Source: an uncultured Actinomycetota bacterium (GTDB taxonomy: Bacteria > Actinomycetota > Actinomycetes > CAVWCF01). Taken from it: 64,000 nt of DNA. Made by a program: the position numbers and the translations under genes. How positions within the stretch are numbered: position 1 is the stretch's first letter; each line of letters opens with the position of its first letter. The notes under the pieces were generated by a model. It worked only from the letters and a program-made list of their open reading frames with translations. It had not been told where the DNA came from and searched no databases. The DNA is taken from the NCBI GenBank assembly GCA_963753435.1, contig CAVWCF010000001.1, positions 960,001 to 1,024,000 on the forward strand, read 5' to 3'. This document shows, one piece after another, positions 20,921 through 31,268 of the stretch.

Positions 20921-22075
20921 CTAGCGGTTCAGGAGTTGCCGCGCCATCACGATGCGCTGAACTTGATTGGTGCCCTCGTAGATCTGCGTGATCTTGGCGT
21001 CCCGCATGAAGCGCTCCACCGGGTAGTCCTTGACGTACCCGTAACCGCCGAGCAGTTGCACCGCGTCCGTGGTGATCTCCATCGCCACGTCGGAGGCGAA
21101 GCATTTGGCTGCGGCGCCGAAGTAGGTCAAATCGGCGTCCCCGCGCTCGGACTTGGCGGCGGCCGCGTAGGTGAGTTGCCGGGCCGCCTCCAACTTCATG
21201 CCCATGTCCGCGAGCATGAACTGCAGCCCCTGGAACTCCGCGATCGCCTTGCCGAACTGCTTGCGCTCCTTGACGTAACCGAGGGCGTAGTCCAGGGCAC
21301 CCTGCGCGATGCCCAGCGCTTGGGCGGCGATGGTGATTCGGGTGTGGTCCAGGGTTCGCATCGCGGTGGTGAATCCGGTGCCGACTTCACCGATGATCCG
21401 GTCGCCGGGCAGCCGCACGTCGTCGAAGAACAGTTCGCGGGTGGGAGAGCCCTTGATCCCCAACTTCTTCTCCGGCGCACCGAAGGTGAAGCCGGCGTCG
21501 CCCTTCTCGACAACGAAGGCGGAGATCCCACCGCGGGTGCCCTTGTCGACATCGGTCACGGCCAGAACCGTGTAGTACTCCGAGACACCGGCGTTGGTGA
21601 TCCAGCGCTTGACCCCGTTGAGAATCCAGCCGTCGCCATCGGCCACCGCCCGCGTCCGCATCCCACCGGCGTCGCTGCCGGCCTCCGGCTCGCTCAACGC
21701 GTACGAGAACATGCCTTCACCGCGCGCCACCGGCGGCAGGTAGCGCTGCTGCAACTCCTCTGAACCGGCCAACAGCACCGGCAGGCTGCCCAACTTGTTC
21801 ACCGCCGGGATCAGCGAGACCGCAGCCGAGGCCCGCGCCAGTTCCTCGATCACCAGAACGGCCGCCAAGGCGTCGCCGCCCATTCCCTCGAACCGCTCCG
21901 GCACATGAATGGCATGCAGATCTGCGGCCACCAGCGCGTCGTAAACGTCAGCGGGGAACTCGTCGGTTTCGTCGATCTCGGCGGCCCGCGGCTGGATCTT
22001 GTCCTCGACCAGTGCGCGCACGGTGTCACGCAGCATCTGGTGCTCTTCGGTGAGGGTGAAGTGTTCGAATGTCAC
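20921..22075 (-). CDS. Acyl-CoA dehydrogenase (FadE25-like)
   Basis: Motifs YALSEPEAGSD, RKQFGKAI and IYEGTNQVQR. Confidence 0.93.
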   Translation of the reverse strand: MTFEHFTLTEEHQMLRDTVRALVEDKIQPRAAEIDETDEFPADVYDALVAADLHAIHVPERFEGMGGDALAAVLVIEELARASAAVSLIPAVNKLGSLPVLLAGSEELQQRYLPPVARGEGMFSYALSEPEAGSDAGGMRTRAVADGDGWILNGVKRWITNAGVSEYYTVLAVTDVDKGTRGGISAFVVEKGDAGFTFGAPEKKLGIKGSPTRELFFDDVRLPGDRIIGEVGTGFTTAMRTLDHTRITIAAQALGIAQGALDYALGYVKERKQFGKAIAEFQGLQFMLADMGMKLEAARQLTYAAAAKSERGDADLTYFGAAAKCFASDVAMEITTDAVQLLGGYGYVKDYPVERFMRDAKITQIYEGTNQVQRIVMARQLLNR

Positions 22076-22136
22076 GGCCAAGAGGCTACCTGCGGCCTGC
22101 GAAGCAGCCGCATTCGCGTGTCCTACGATCCGGCGG
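22076..22136. promoter_or_regulatory. Back-to-back leaderless promoters
   Basis: TAGCCT (minus, 22083-22088) lies 7 nt before GTG 22075; TACGAT (plus, 22124-22129) lies 7 nt before GTG 22137; no SD on either side. Confidence 0.55.
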
Positions 22137-23447
22137 GTGCGGATATCGGTGCTGGGAACGGGCTACCTCGGCGCGACCCACGCCGCTGGCATGGCGGAAC
22201 TGGGCCATGACGTCCTCGGCGTCGACGTCGACGCGGCGAAGATCGCTGCGCTGTCCGAAGGGCGCGCCCCGTTCCACGAGCCCGGTCTGAACGAACTCCT
22301 CGCCACCCATGTGGCCAGTGGCCGGCTCCGGTTTTCCACCTCGCTGGCCGAAGCCGCAGAGTTCGCCGACCTGCACTTCCTTTGCGTGGGCACCCCGCAA
22401 CGGGCCGACTCCGAGGCCGCCGACCTGACCGCTGTTGATCAGGTGGTCGCCTCGCTGGCTGAACATCTGCAACGACCTACGTTCGTCATCGGCAAGTCCA
22501 CTGTGCCCGTCGGCACCGCCGACCACCTGGCGTCCGTCCTCGCCAGCGCGACGGCCGGCGTCGAAGTCGCGTGGAATCCGGAGTTCCTCCGCGAAGGGTT
22601 CGCCGTCCAGGACACGCTGAAGCCGGACCGGCTCGTGTTCGGAGTGGAGTCGGCGGCGGCCGAGTCCGCTCTCCGCGAGGTCTACGCGCCACTGCTGGCT
22701 GCCGGGGTTCCGCTGGTCGTCGCCGACCGACGCACCGCCGAACTGGTGAAGGTGGCTGCGAACGCGTTCCTGGCGACCAAGATCTCGTTCATCAACGCGA
22801 TGGCGGAGGTGTGCGAGAGCGCGGGGGCTGACGTCACCGTTCTCGCCGAGGCGCTGTCCCACGATGCCCGCATCGGGGGCCGGTTCCTGCGCCCGGGTCT
22901 GGGCTTCGGCGGCGGCTGCCTACCCAAGGACATCCGCGCCTTCCGGGCCCGTGCCGCTGAGCTTGGGGTCGCCGAGGCCGTGGGCTTCCTCGGCGAAGTC
23001 GATGGCATCAACCAGCGACGACGGCAGCGCATGGTGGATCTGGCGGTGGAGGCGCTGGACGGCCACGTTGCCGGTAGACGAATCGGCGTCCTGGGGGCGG
23101 CCTTCAAACCGAACTCAGACGACATCAGGGACTCACCGGCCCTCGATGTGGCCACCCGGCTCACGGATATGGGGGCGGCGGTATCCGTTTACGACCCGGC
23201 CGCCATCCCAAACGCGCGGCTGAAGTACCCGCACCTGACCTACGCCGAGTCGCTCTCGGCCGCCGTGGCTGAAGCCGATCTGGTGCTGCTGCTAACGGAG
23301 TGGGCGGAGTTCACCGAGATGGACCCGACCAAGGTTGCCGGGCTGGTGCATCAGCCCCACATTCTCGACGGACGCAACGCGCTGGACCCCGAGCAATGGC
23401 GGGCCGCCGGGTGGACGTACCGCGCCCTGGGGCGCCCGCACCAGTAG
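22137..23447 (+). CDS. ugd: UDP-glucose 6-dehydrogenase
   Basis: Motifs VLGTGYLG, NPEFLREG, GFGGGCLPKD and FKPNSDDIRDS. Confidence 0.92.
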   Translation: MRISVLGTGYLGATHAAGMAELGHDVLGVDVDAAKIAALSEGRAPFHEPGLNELLATHVASGRLRFSTSLAEAAEFADLHFLCVGTPQRADSEAADLTAVDQVVASLAEHLQRPTFVIGKSTVPVGTADHLASVLASATAGVEVAWNPEFLREGFAVQDTLKPDRLVFGVESAAAESALREVYAPLLAAGVPLVVADRRTAELVKVAANAFLATKISFINAMAEVCESAGADVTVLAEALSHDARIGGRFLRPGLGFGGGCLPKDIRAFRARAAELGVAEAVGFLGEVDGINQRRRQRMVDLAVEALDGHVAGRRIGVLGAAFKPNSDDIRDSPALDVATRLTDMGAAVSVYDPAAIPNARLKYPHLTYAESLSAAVAEADLVLLLTEWAEFTEMDPTKVAGLVHQPHILDGRNALDPEQWRAAGWTYRALGRPHQ

Positions 23448-23498
23448 CAGCCGCCGCGCCAATCCCGGGCCGCTGCCAGCCCGGGCCGTGCCTGCGGG

Positions 23499-24017
23499 CT
23501 AGGCGCCGAATCCGGTGGGACCGCGACGGGAGGCCCGCAGCGACTCCCCCTTTGCCTCCGCCGTTGCCTGCAACTCCCCTTGGAAGGCATCCAGCCGCCC
23601 CCGGAGAGCGTCGTCGGTCACCCCGAGGATTCGCGCCGCCAACAACCCCCCGTTGCGGGCGTTTCCGACGCCGACGGTGGCCACCGGGACGCCGGCCGGC
23701 ATCTGCACGATCGACAGGAGCGAGTCCATGCCGTCGAGGTACTGCAGCGGCACGGGAACCCCAACTACCGGCAATGAAGTGACGCTGGCCAGCATCCCCG
23801 GCAGATGCGCTGCGCCACCGGCCCCGGCAACGATCACGCGCAGGCCCCGGCCAGCCGCCTCCTGCCCGTAGCGCAACATGGCCTGGGGCATGCGGTGCGC
23901 GGAAACGACGTCCACCTCGTGGGCCACGCCGAGCTCAGCCAGCACCTCGGCGGCCGCGGACATGACCGGCCAGTCGGAGTCGGAACCCATCACGATTCCG
24001 ACCAACGGTTCACTCAT
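23499..24017 (-). CDS. purE: N5-CAIR mutase
   Basis: Motifs [23 protein letters not shown] and SIVQMP. Confidence 0.96.
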   Translation of the reverse strand: MSEPLVGIVMGSDSDWPVMSAAAEVLAELGVAHEVDVVSAHRMPQAMLRYGQEAAGRGLRVIVAGAGGAAHLPGMLASVTSLPVVGVPVPLQYLDGMDSLLSIVQMPAGVPVATVGVGNARNGGLLAARILGVTDDALRGRLDAFQGELQATAEAKGESLRASRRGPTGFGA

Positions 24018-25140
24018 CAGCTTCTCCTGCCAGTCGCTGCGCCGCGTGCCTGGCGCGAGCCAGGCACTCGCGCTCATCGTGCCCGACAACCGTGACGTGT
24101 CCCACCTTGCGCCCCGGCCGCACCTCCTTGCCGTACCAGTGCACCTTGACGCCAGGGTCGTGCGCGAACAGGTGCGGGTATTGACCGAACACGTCGCCGG
24201 CGCCCCCGAGTACGTTCACCATCACCGCGACCGGCGAGCGCGCGCTGGGTGCCCCCAGCGGCCAATCGAGGACGGCGCGCAGATGCTGTTCGAACTGGCT
24301 GGTGACCGCCCCGTCGATGCTCCAATGTCCGGAGTTGTGCGGACGCATCGCCAACTCGTTGACCAAGACCCCGTCATCGGTCTCGAACATCTCGACCGCC
24401 AGTACGCCGATCACTCCCAGGGATTCAGCGACGTTGAGCGCGACTCGCTGCGCGGCGACCGCATGCCCCGGAGCGATGTTCGCGGGAGCAACAACCTCGG
24501 TGCAGATGCCGTTGGTCTGCACCGTCTCGACAACCGGGTAGGCGACGGCCTGCCCGGACGGAGTGCGCGCCACCATCGCGGCAAGCTCGCGGCGAAATGG
24601 CACCCGCTCCTCGACCAACAGTGGTCCGGTCCAGCCCGCGAGGCACTCAGCCGCATCTTCCTCGCCTTCGACGACCCGCACCCCCTTGCCGTCGTAACCA
24701 CCTCGCGGCGTCTTGAGCACCACCGGCCAGCGGTTGTCGGCGAAGTCGGCAACGTCCGCCACCGAATCGACCTGGGCCCAATCGGGCACCGGAATGCCGG
24801 CCGCGGATAGGGCCCGACGCATCAACAGTTTGTCCTGGGCGTGCTCCAGCGCGTCGGGTCCGGGCCGCACCTGCACCCCCTCGGCAACCAGAGCCCGTAG
24901 GTGCGTGGTCGGCACGTGCTCATGATCGAACGTGATCACGTCACAGCCGCGGGCGAAGTCCCGCAGCACGTCCAGGTCATGGTGCGTGCCGACGACGGTG
25001 TCGGGGATGGCTGCGGCGGCGCAGTCCGACGGCGATTCGGCGAGCAGTCGCAGCCGGACACCGAGGGCGATCGCGGCCGGCTGCATCATCCGCGCCAATT
25101 GGCCGCCGCCGATCACGCCGACGACCGGTGCCTGACTCAC
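24010..25140 (-). CDS. purK: N5-CAIR synthetase
   Basis: Motifs [26 protein letters not shown] and RKVGH. Confidence 0.96.
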   Translation of the reverse strand: MSQAPVVGVIGGGQLARMMQPAAIALGVRLRLLAESPSDCAAAAIPDTVVGTHHDLDVLRDFARGCDVITFDHEHVPTTHLRALVAEGVQVRPGPDALEHAQDKLLMRRALSAAGIPVPDWAQVDSVADVADFADNRWPVVLKTPRGGYDGKGVRVVEGEEDAAECLAGWTGPLLVEERVPFRRELAAMVARTPSGQAVAYPVVETVQTNGICTEVVAPANIAPGHAVAAQRVALNVAESLGVIGVLAVEMFETDDGVLVNELAMRPHNSGHWSIDGAVTSQFEQHLRAVLDWPLGAPSARSPVAVMVNVLGGAGDVFGQYPHLFAHDPGVKVHWYGKEVRPGRKVGHVTVVGHDERECLARARHAAQRLAGEADE

Positions 25141-25160
25141 GCGCGGAGGCTACCGGCCGC

Positions 25161-26309
25161 CTACAGGCCGAGTTCGCGGGCGATCAGCAGCCGCTGCACC
25201 TCGTTGGTTCCCTCGCCGATCTCCAGGATCTTGGCGTCGCGGTAGAACCGCCCGACCACCGACTCGTTGGTGAAGCCGTAGCCCCCGTGGACTTGCGTGG
25301 CGGCCCGCGCGTTGAGCATCGCGGCATCGGACGAATGCAGTTTGGCGATGGCCGCGGCCGTCTTGAAGTCCAGTCCCGCCGCCTGTCGTGCCGCCGCCTC
25401 CCGCCACGCCAGGCGTGAGGTGTGCGCTCGCGCAGCCATGTCCGCGATGGCGAACGACACGGCTTGGTACTGGCTGATCGGTGAGCCGAACGCCTGGCGT
25501 TGCTTCGCGTAGGACACCGACTGATCCACGCAGCCCTGAGCCAGACCCGTCGCCAACGCAGCGATCGCTATGCGGCCCTCGTCGAGGATCTCCAGGAACT
25601 GCGCATACCCGCGCCCGCGCTGACCGATGAGGTTGTCTGCAGGCACTCGGACGTCGTCCAGGTACACCGGGTGCGTGTCCGATGCCGCCCAGCCGACCTT
25701 GGAGTACGACGGGCCGATCTGCAGACCCGGTGTCCCGGTCGGCACCAGAATCGTCGACAACTCCGGCCGCGACGAGGCCGACTGTCCCGTGACGGCCATC
25801 ACCGTGACGAAGCGCGTCAGGTCTGTTCCGGAGTTGGTGATGAAGGCTTTGCTGCCGTTGATCTCCCAGGTGTCGCCGTCCAGCCGCGCCCGGGTGCGGA
25901 TTGCGGCTGCGTCCGATCCCGCATCCGGCTCGGTCAGCCCGAAGGCGGCCAGCCCACGACCGGCCGCCAACTCGGGCAGCCAGCGCTCCTTCTGCTCGGT
26001 GGTCCCGAACCGGATGATCGGGCCGCAACCCAGCGACACGGCAGCTTCCACCGTGATTGCCAACGACGAATCTGCGCGGGCAAGTTCTTCCAGGACCAGG
26101 CACACGGCCATCAGGTCGCTGCCGGATCCGCCGTATTCCTGCGGCACTGTCAGCCCGAACGCCCCGATCTCCCCGAGTCGCTGGACCAGCGGGTAGGGAA
26201 ACTCGGCCCGCTCGTAGTACCCACCGATCATCGGTTCGACCTCGTCGCGCACGAACGACCGGACCACGTCGACCAACGCCTGCTGCTCCGGAGCCAGTTC
26301 CGGCTGCAT
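25161..26309 (-). CDS. Acyl-CoA dehydrogenase (isovaleryl/branched-chain type)
   Basis: Motifs FGLTEPDAGSD, FITNSG and IGEGTNEVQR. Confidence 0.9.
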   Translation of the reverse strand: MQPELAPEQQALVDVVRSFVRDEVEPMIGGYYERAEFPYPLVQRLGEIGAFGLTVPQEYGGSGSDLMAVCLVLEELARADSSLAITVEAAVSLGCGPIIRFGTTEQKERWLPELAAGRGLAAFGLTEPDAGSDAAAIRTRARLDGDTWEINGSKAFITNSGTDLTRFVTVMAVTGQSASSRPELSTILVPTGTPGLQIGPSYSKVGWAASDTHPVYLDDVRVPADNLIGQRGRGYAQFLEILDEGRIAIAALATGLAQGCVDQSVSYAKQRQAFGSPISQYQAVSFAIADMAARAHTSRLAWREAAARQAAGLDFKTAAAIAKLHSSDAAMLNARAATQVHGGYGFTNESVVGRFYRDAKILEIGEGTNEVQRLLIARELGL

Positions 26310-26363
26310 GGGCCACCTCCAAACAGGGGCAGGACCGCGCCGTACAACGACTACCGTAGGCGG

Positions 26364-26888
26364 ATGAGCGCGTCCCGTCCGGCCGTCGAATCGGACTCCG
26401 CGACGTCGCGGAACCGGCTCGTTGAGCGGCTAGCCGGCCTGTTCCACGAAGTTGCCAAGTTCGGCGCGGTCGGACTGATGGCGATGGTGGTCGACATCGG
26501 CCTCTTCAACTTGCTCCGCTTCGGAGCCTGGGCCCCACTCGCCGACAAGCCCCTGACCGCCAAGGTGATCTCGGTCGTCGCGGCGACGTTGGTCGCCTAC
26601 CTGGGCAACCGCTACTGGACCTACCGGGACCGACCCCGCCGCGGATTCGCCCGCGAGTACACGCTGTTCATCGTCCTGAACGCGATCGGGCTGGGGATCG
26701 CGCTTTCGTGCCTCTTCGTCTCCCACTACCTGCTGGACCTGACCAGCCCACTGGCGGACAACATCTCCGCCAACGTGATCGGACTTGGACTCGGGACGCT
26801 GTTCCGGTTCTGGGCTTACCGGACGTTCGTCTTCAAGCGCGTTGTCGAGGAAGACGCGCTGACTACGGAGTTGCGCCAGCCGATCTGA
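26364..26888 (+). CDS. GtrA-family membrane protein
   Basis: Four TM helices; motifs KFGAVG, NRYWTY and FRFWAYRTFVF; TACCGT -10 lies 6 nt upstream. Confidence 0.88.
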   Translation: MSASRPAVESDSATSRNRLVERLAGLFHEVAKFGAVGLMAMVVDIGLFNLLRFGAWAPLADKPLTAKVISVVAATLVAYLGNRYWTYRDRPRRGFAREYTLFIVLNAIGLGIALSCLFVSHYLLDLTSPLADNISANVIGLGLGTLFRFWAYRTFVFKRVVEEDALTTELRQPI

Positions 26889-26903
26889 CCGGCAGAGCAC
26901 GGG

Positions 26904-28430
26904 TCAGACCGGTGTGACCGGATGCCGCCGCTGGCTGAAGTTCCGGTGCCGACCGCGAGCGGCCTCGAAGCGGGCGATGAGCTCCTCCCGCAGATCCTCC
27001 GGCAGGACCACCGCATCGACCACCAACTCCGCGGCCAATCGCAAGAGGTCGATGTCCGCCTCGTACTCGGCGCGGCGCTCGGCGATGAAGGCCGCGCGAT
27101 CCGATTCGTCCTCCATCTCGGCGATCTTCTTGGCGTAGACCGCGTTTACGGCTGCCTCGGGACCCATCACCGCGATGGAGGCTGTCGGCAGTGCCAGCGT
27201 GGCGTCCGGGTCGAACGCCGGGCCCGACATGGCATACAGACCCGCTCCGTAGGCCTTGCGCACAATGACGCTGATCTTGGGCACCGTGGCCTCGGCCACC
27301 GCGCTGATCATCTTCGCCCCGTGCCGGATGATCCCCTGGCGCTCGACGGCGCTGCCCACCATGAAGCCCGGCACGTCCGCCAGGAAGAGCAGCGGCACAT
27401 TGAACGCGTCACAGGTACGAATGAATCGCGCCGCCTTGTCCGCAGAATCGACGAACAGCACGCCGCCCTTGTGCATGGGGTTGTTCGCCACGACGCCCAC
27501 CACCTGCCCGTCCAGGCGGCCCAACCCGACGACGAGTTCCCGGGCCCACAGTTCCTGGATCTCCAAGAACGATCCGGCATCAACAACGCCGTCGATCAGG
27601 TCGTGAACGTCCCAGGCGGCCCGCTCCGAATCCGGGATGAGCCCCGCTAGATCGGTGCGCTCCGGCGGCGCCGGACTCGTCCGCGGCGGCGGTTGGGTCC
27701 AGTTGGCGGGCAGGTACGACAGATACCGGCGGACTACGGCCAGCGCCGCGGCCTCGTCGGGGCAGAGGAAGTGACCCAGGCCGGACACGCTGCAGTGCAT
27801 GCGCGCTCCGCCCATCTCCTCCAGCGTCGTGACCTCACCGGTCACCATCTCGACCATGCGATCGGAGCCCAGGTACATGGAGGCGTTGCCCTCGACCATC
27901 GCCACGACGTCGCAGAAGGCGGGGATGTACGCGCCACCGGCGGCGCTGGGACCGAACAACGCGCAGACCTGCGGAACGGCGCCCGAGGCGCGCACCTGCT
28001 CGTGGAAGATCCGACCGGCCCCGCGGCGACCCGGGAACAACTCGACCTGGTCGGTGATGCGGGCCCCAGCGGAGTCGACCAGATACACCATCGGCACCCC
28101 AGTGGCATAGGCGCGCTCGATGATCCGAATGATCTTCTCGACGGTTCGCGCACCCCACGAGCCGGCCTTCACCGTGGAGTCGTTGGCCATCAGGCAGACC
28201 GGACGACCTTCGACCCGGGCCGTACCGGTCACCACTCCGTCGGCCGGTAACCCGTCCGCATGCGCGTTGGCCAGCAGGCCGTCTTCCACGAAAGTGCCAG
28301 GGTCGATCAGAGATTCGATGCGATCTCGGGCAAAGGACTTGTTCTTGGCGCGATTCGCGGAGTGGTAGCGCTCCTCACCCCCGGCCCGAGCGCGCGCGGC
28401 CAGGTCGCGCCAAACTGTCTCGTCCACCAT
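26904..28430 (-). CDS. Acyl-CoA carboxylase beta subunit (methylcrotonyl/geranyl-CoA type)
   Basis: Motifs VKAGSWG, DSAGARI, DVPGFMVG and RKAYGAG. Confidence 0.9.
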   Translation of the reverse strand: MVDETVWRDLAARARAGGEERYHSANRAKNKSFARDRIESLIDPGTFVEDGLLANAHADGLPADGVVTGTARVEGRPVCLMANDSTVKAGSWGARTVEKIIRIIERAYATGVPMVYLVDSAGARITDQVELFPGRRGAGRIFHEQVRASGAVPQVCALFGPSAAGGAYIPAFCDVVAMVEGNASMYLGSDRMVEMVTGEVTTLEEMGGARMHCSVSGLGHFLCPDEAAALAVVRRYLSYLPANWTQPPPRTSPAPPERTDLAGLIPDSERAAWDVHDLIDGVVDAGSFLEIQELWARELVVGLGRLDGQVVGVVANNPMHKGGVLFVDSADKAARFIRTCDAFNVPLLFLADVPGFMVGSAVERQGIIRHGAKMISAVAEATVPKISVIVRKAYGAGLYAMSGPAFDPDATLALPTASIAVMGPEAAVNAVYAKKIAEMEDESDRAAFIAERRAEYEADIDLLRLAAELVVDAVVLPEDLREELIARFEAARGRHRNFSQRRHPVTPV

Positions 28431-28436
28431 GCCTCC

Positions 28437-29864
28437 TCACCCCGCTACTGCAACTGCCAGCAGCGCCTTCAGCGCGATGGCGACTTCCGCCCCCGGCCCC
28501 TGCTCGGGCAGGAGTACCTCGGCCATCAGGTCGCCGACAACGGCCACAGCAACGCGATCGACGCCCCGGGCAGCCGCCAGCGGCGGGTCCGCGGTCAGGA
28601 GCACGCCCGCTTGCCGGGCTTGGACCATCCAGGGCGCGCTGGCCGGAGCCGGGACCACCGCATCCAGCCGCAGGCCGGCTGCGCCCGGAGCGCCACCGTC
28701 GCCAGAAGCACCGGCCCCGCCATCGAACGGGTGCGCGGCCCCCGCGTCCAGAACCGAGAGCACCCACCCTTGGGCACCCGACTCCGCCGCAAGTACGGCG
28801 ACGGCCATAGCCGCGCGCGACCTTGGTTCGGAACCGGGCTTCATCTGGGCCATGCCTTCGCGCAGCCACTCCTCCGCACGCATACGGCTACGCCACCTAC
28901 GTCGATCCGCGCCACCGCTGGTGGGCTGGGCCAGCACCGGCTCGCGCGATCCCGCAGCCTTGGCTCGGTACTGCGCCGCGTCCACAGCGGCCAGCATGCT
29001 GCGCAGGCTCTCCCCCGGTGCCGCAACGGCGACCCCGAGTGCCGCGCTGGAGCCGTGCGGGACCTCACCCCAACGGCGGGCAATCGCCCGGGCGACTGCC
29101 ATGCCGGACTCGGCGTCGGCGTCCGGCACCACCACGCAGAACTCATCCCCACCCATCCGGCCGACTATCGCGTCGGAGTGCTGCTTGGCGGTATCCGACA
29201 GCACCGTCGCCACCCCGATCAGCGCCTCGTCTCCGGCGGCGTGGCCGCGGGTGTCGTTGATGTGCTTGAGCAGGTTGACGTCGGCCATCAGCAGCGCGAA
29301 TGGCCGTCCGGCGGCCAGCAGGTCCTCAACGGTTGCCTCCACCAGGCGGCGATTGCCGACGCCGGTTAGCGGGTCGGCCAAGGCGATTCGTTGGACCTGC
29401 TCGAGGTGCGCAACCTGCGACAGGCCGGCGGTGAGGATCCCGGAGAAGGCTTGAGCCAGCGGGAGATCCTCGGCATCGAAGGGCTGCTGTTCAGCATCGC
29501 GCCCGACAGCCAGCAGGCCCCAGGCCCGCCGTTTCGCGATGATCGGGACGACCAGGCCACTTGGCTCGCTGAGCAGGCACGCCGTGTCCGCCGCGGACAG
29601 TAGGAGCGGTCGCAATTCCAGCAGGACTCCGGTTGCGCAGGCGAGGTCCTCCGCGCGAACTGATTGGGCTGGCCGTTCGTTCGGCCTCGCGGCCAGGAGC
29701 AGCAACTCGTCTCCGTTGAGTTGCGCCGCCACCGCACTAGCGGCGTCGAACGTGAACCGCGCCTCGTCCACGGCGCCCTGCAACAACGCCGAAACGTCAC
29801 TGGCCCGGCCCAGCACCTCCGCCGCCCGAGCCAGGCTGATGACCGAGGGGCTCAGCGAACTCAG
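28437..29864 (-). CDS. GAF-GGDEF diguanylate cyclase, probable CTG start (alternative GTG at 29816)
   Basis: Motifs DPLTGVGNRR, KHINDTRGHAAGD and RMGGDEF; N-terminal GAF-like segment. Confidence 0.82.
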   Translation of the reverse strand: MSSLSPSVISLARAAEVLGRASDVSALLQGAVDEARFTFDAASAVAAQLNGDELLLLAARPNERPAQSVRAEDLACATGVLLELRPLLLSAADTACLLSEPSGLVVPIIAKRRAWGLLAVGRDAEQQPFDAEDLPLAQAFSGILTAGLSQVAHLEQVQRIALADPLTGVGNRRLVEATVEDLLAAGRPFALLMADVNLLKHINDTRGHAAGDEALIGVATVLSDTAKQHSDAIVGRMGGDEFCVVVPDADAESGMAVARAIARRWGEVPHGSSAALGVAVAAPGESLRSMLAAVDAAQYRAKAAGSREPVLAQPTSGGADRRRWRSRMRAEEWLREGMAQMKPGSEPRSRAAMAVAVLAAESGAQGWVLSVLDAGAAHPFDGGAGASGDGGAPGAAGLRLDAVVPAPASAPWMVQARQAGVLLTADPPLAAARGVDRVAVAVVGDLMAEVLLPEQGPGAEVAIALKALLAVAVAG

Positions 29865-30358
29865 GTCGTCCCCCGCCGGCGCAGGTCGTCCTCATCGTGC
29901 AGGCGGGCGATGTCCCGCTGGATCGTCTCCACATCCGGCACGTTGCGCATCACCAAGCCGCCCCGTTCACCAGCGGATTCGATGGAGATGGTCCCGCAAC
30001 CGAGGATCCGCTCGACCAGGCCGACCTCGAACTGCACGTCGTTCACCTTGCTCAGCGGCATGTCCCGCCCGGTGCGCCGGATCACGCCGGATCGCATGAT
30101 CACCCGCCGATTGGTAATCACGTATTCAGTCGTCAACCACTGGACGAGCGGAGTCAGGACCCACCAGACGAGCAGAACCAGGGCACCAATTAGCACCAGC
30201 CACTGCACGAAGCTGTTGTCACTGATTGCGTAGAGGTAGACCGCGAGGGGGATCAACACGACCGTGGCCAGTATCGGCACCGCCAGGAACTTCCAGTGCT
30301 GCCTCATCTCGTACTCGATCTCTTCGCCGCCGGTGAGCAGCTCCCTGGGGTAGGCCAT
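29861..30358 (-). CDS. PH-domain (bPH_2) membrane protein
   Basis: Two TM helices, then YVITNRRVI and [11 protein letters not shown]. Confidence 0.85.
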   Translation of the reverse strand: MAYPRELLTGGEEIEYEMRQHWKFLAVPILATVVLIPLAVYLYAISDNSFVQWLVLIGALVLLVWWVLTPLVQWLTTEYVITNRRVIMRSGVIRRTGRDMPLSKVNDVQFEVGLVERILGCGTISIESAGERGGLVMRNVPDVETIQRDIARLHDEDDLRRRGTT

Positions 30359-30433
30359 GTGGTCATCGTGGCACGCAGGGGGCGCCGCGACAGACGAATC
30401 CGGCGCTGTGTCGCTGGTCCGGAATCGTCCGGT

Positions 30434-31231
30434 TCAGCGGACGTGCGCGACGTCGCCCGCCGCCACGGCCACATCGTCACCGGATTCGGTTCCGGCCGCG
30501 GAGGTGCCACGCAGGACCAATCGGCCGTCTGCGTCGATGCCACTGGCGTGCCCGGTCAGGGGCTCGGCGCGACCAGGTACAGCCACGGACACATCGCGCC
30601 CCAGCGTCGAACAGTGCGCCCGGTACGAGCCGGCAAGCCCGCACGCCTCGGCATCGCCGGCGGCTTCGGCCCATCGCGCCAGCCATCGGTCCCAGGCCAA
30701 CAGCAGCGCCTCAGCGACCTGCGTCGTGCTGGCCGTGGCGCCAGCGGCGGCGAGGGAGATCGCCTCAGCGACGGACCCCGGAGCAGTGGCGACGTTCAGG
30801 CCAACACCGACAACCGCCCGCGCCGGCTCGGTGCGCTCGGCCAGGATCCCGGCGACTTTGCGGCCCTCGATCAGCACATCGTTGGGCCACTTAAGGCTGG
30901 CGTTGGGCACCCCCAAGGTGCGCACCGCCTCGACCGCGGCGACCCCCGTGAGCAGCGGCAGCCACCCCCAGCGGGCGGGTGGCACCGGCGGAGCCAGCAG
31001 GGCCGAGCAGGCCAGGCCCGCACCGGGTTCGCTGAACCACTGCCGACCCAGCCGGCCACGGCCGAGCGTCTGCGCCTGCGCCAGAAGGACCAGCCCGGGT
31101 GGCTCTTCGGCCCGCGCCAGCAGGTCGGCGTTGGTGGACCCGGTGCTGGGCACCACCTCTATCGCGCGGAAGTCGGTCCGTGGCAGGACCGACGCTCGCA
31201 GCGCGGACGCATCGATCGCCGCTTCGGACAC
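30434..31231 (-). CDS. birA: Biotin-[acetyl-CoA carboxylase] ligase, no N-terminal HTH
   Basis: Motifs [21 protein letters not shown] and KVAGIL. Confidence 0.93.
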   Translation of the reverse strand: MSEAAIDASALRASVLPRTDFRAIEVVPSTGSTNADLLARAEEPPGLVLLAQAQTLGRGRLGRQWFSEPGAGLACSALLAPPVPPARWGWLPLLTGVAAVEAVRTLGVPNASLKWPNDVLIEGRKVAGILAERTEPARAVVGVGLNVATAPGSVAEAISLAAAGATASTTQVAEALLLAWDRWLARWAEAAGDAEACGLAGSYRAHCSTLGRDVSVAVPGRAEPLTGHASGIDADGRLVLRGTSAAGTESGDDVAVAAGDVAHVR

Positions 31232-31268
31232 GCCGATACGCTACGACGCCGACTCTCAAGGAGTGTGG

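Noticed and set aside
23448-23498. CCCGGGCCG repeats and a weak hairpin between ugd and purE; small hairpin at 57086-57101
   Set aside because: Short GC-rich stems are expected by chance, and there is no repeat family or CRISPR-like periodicity.
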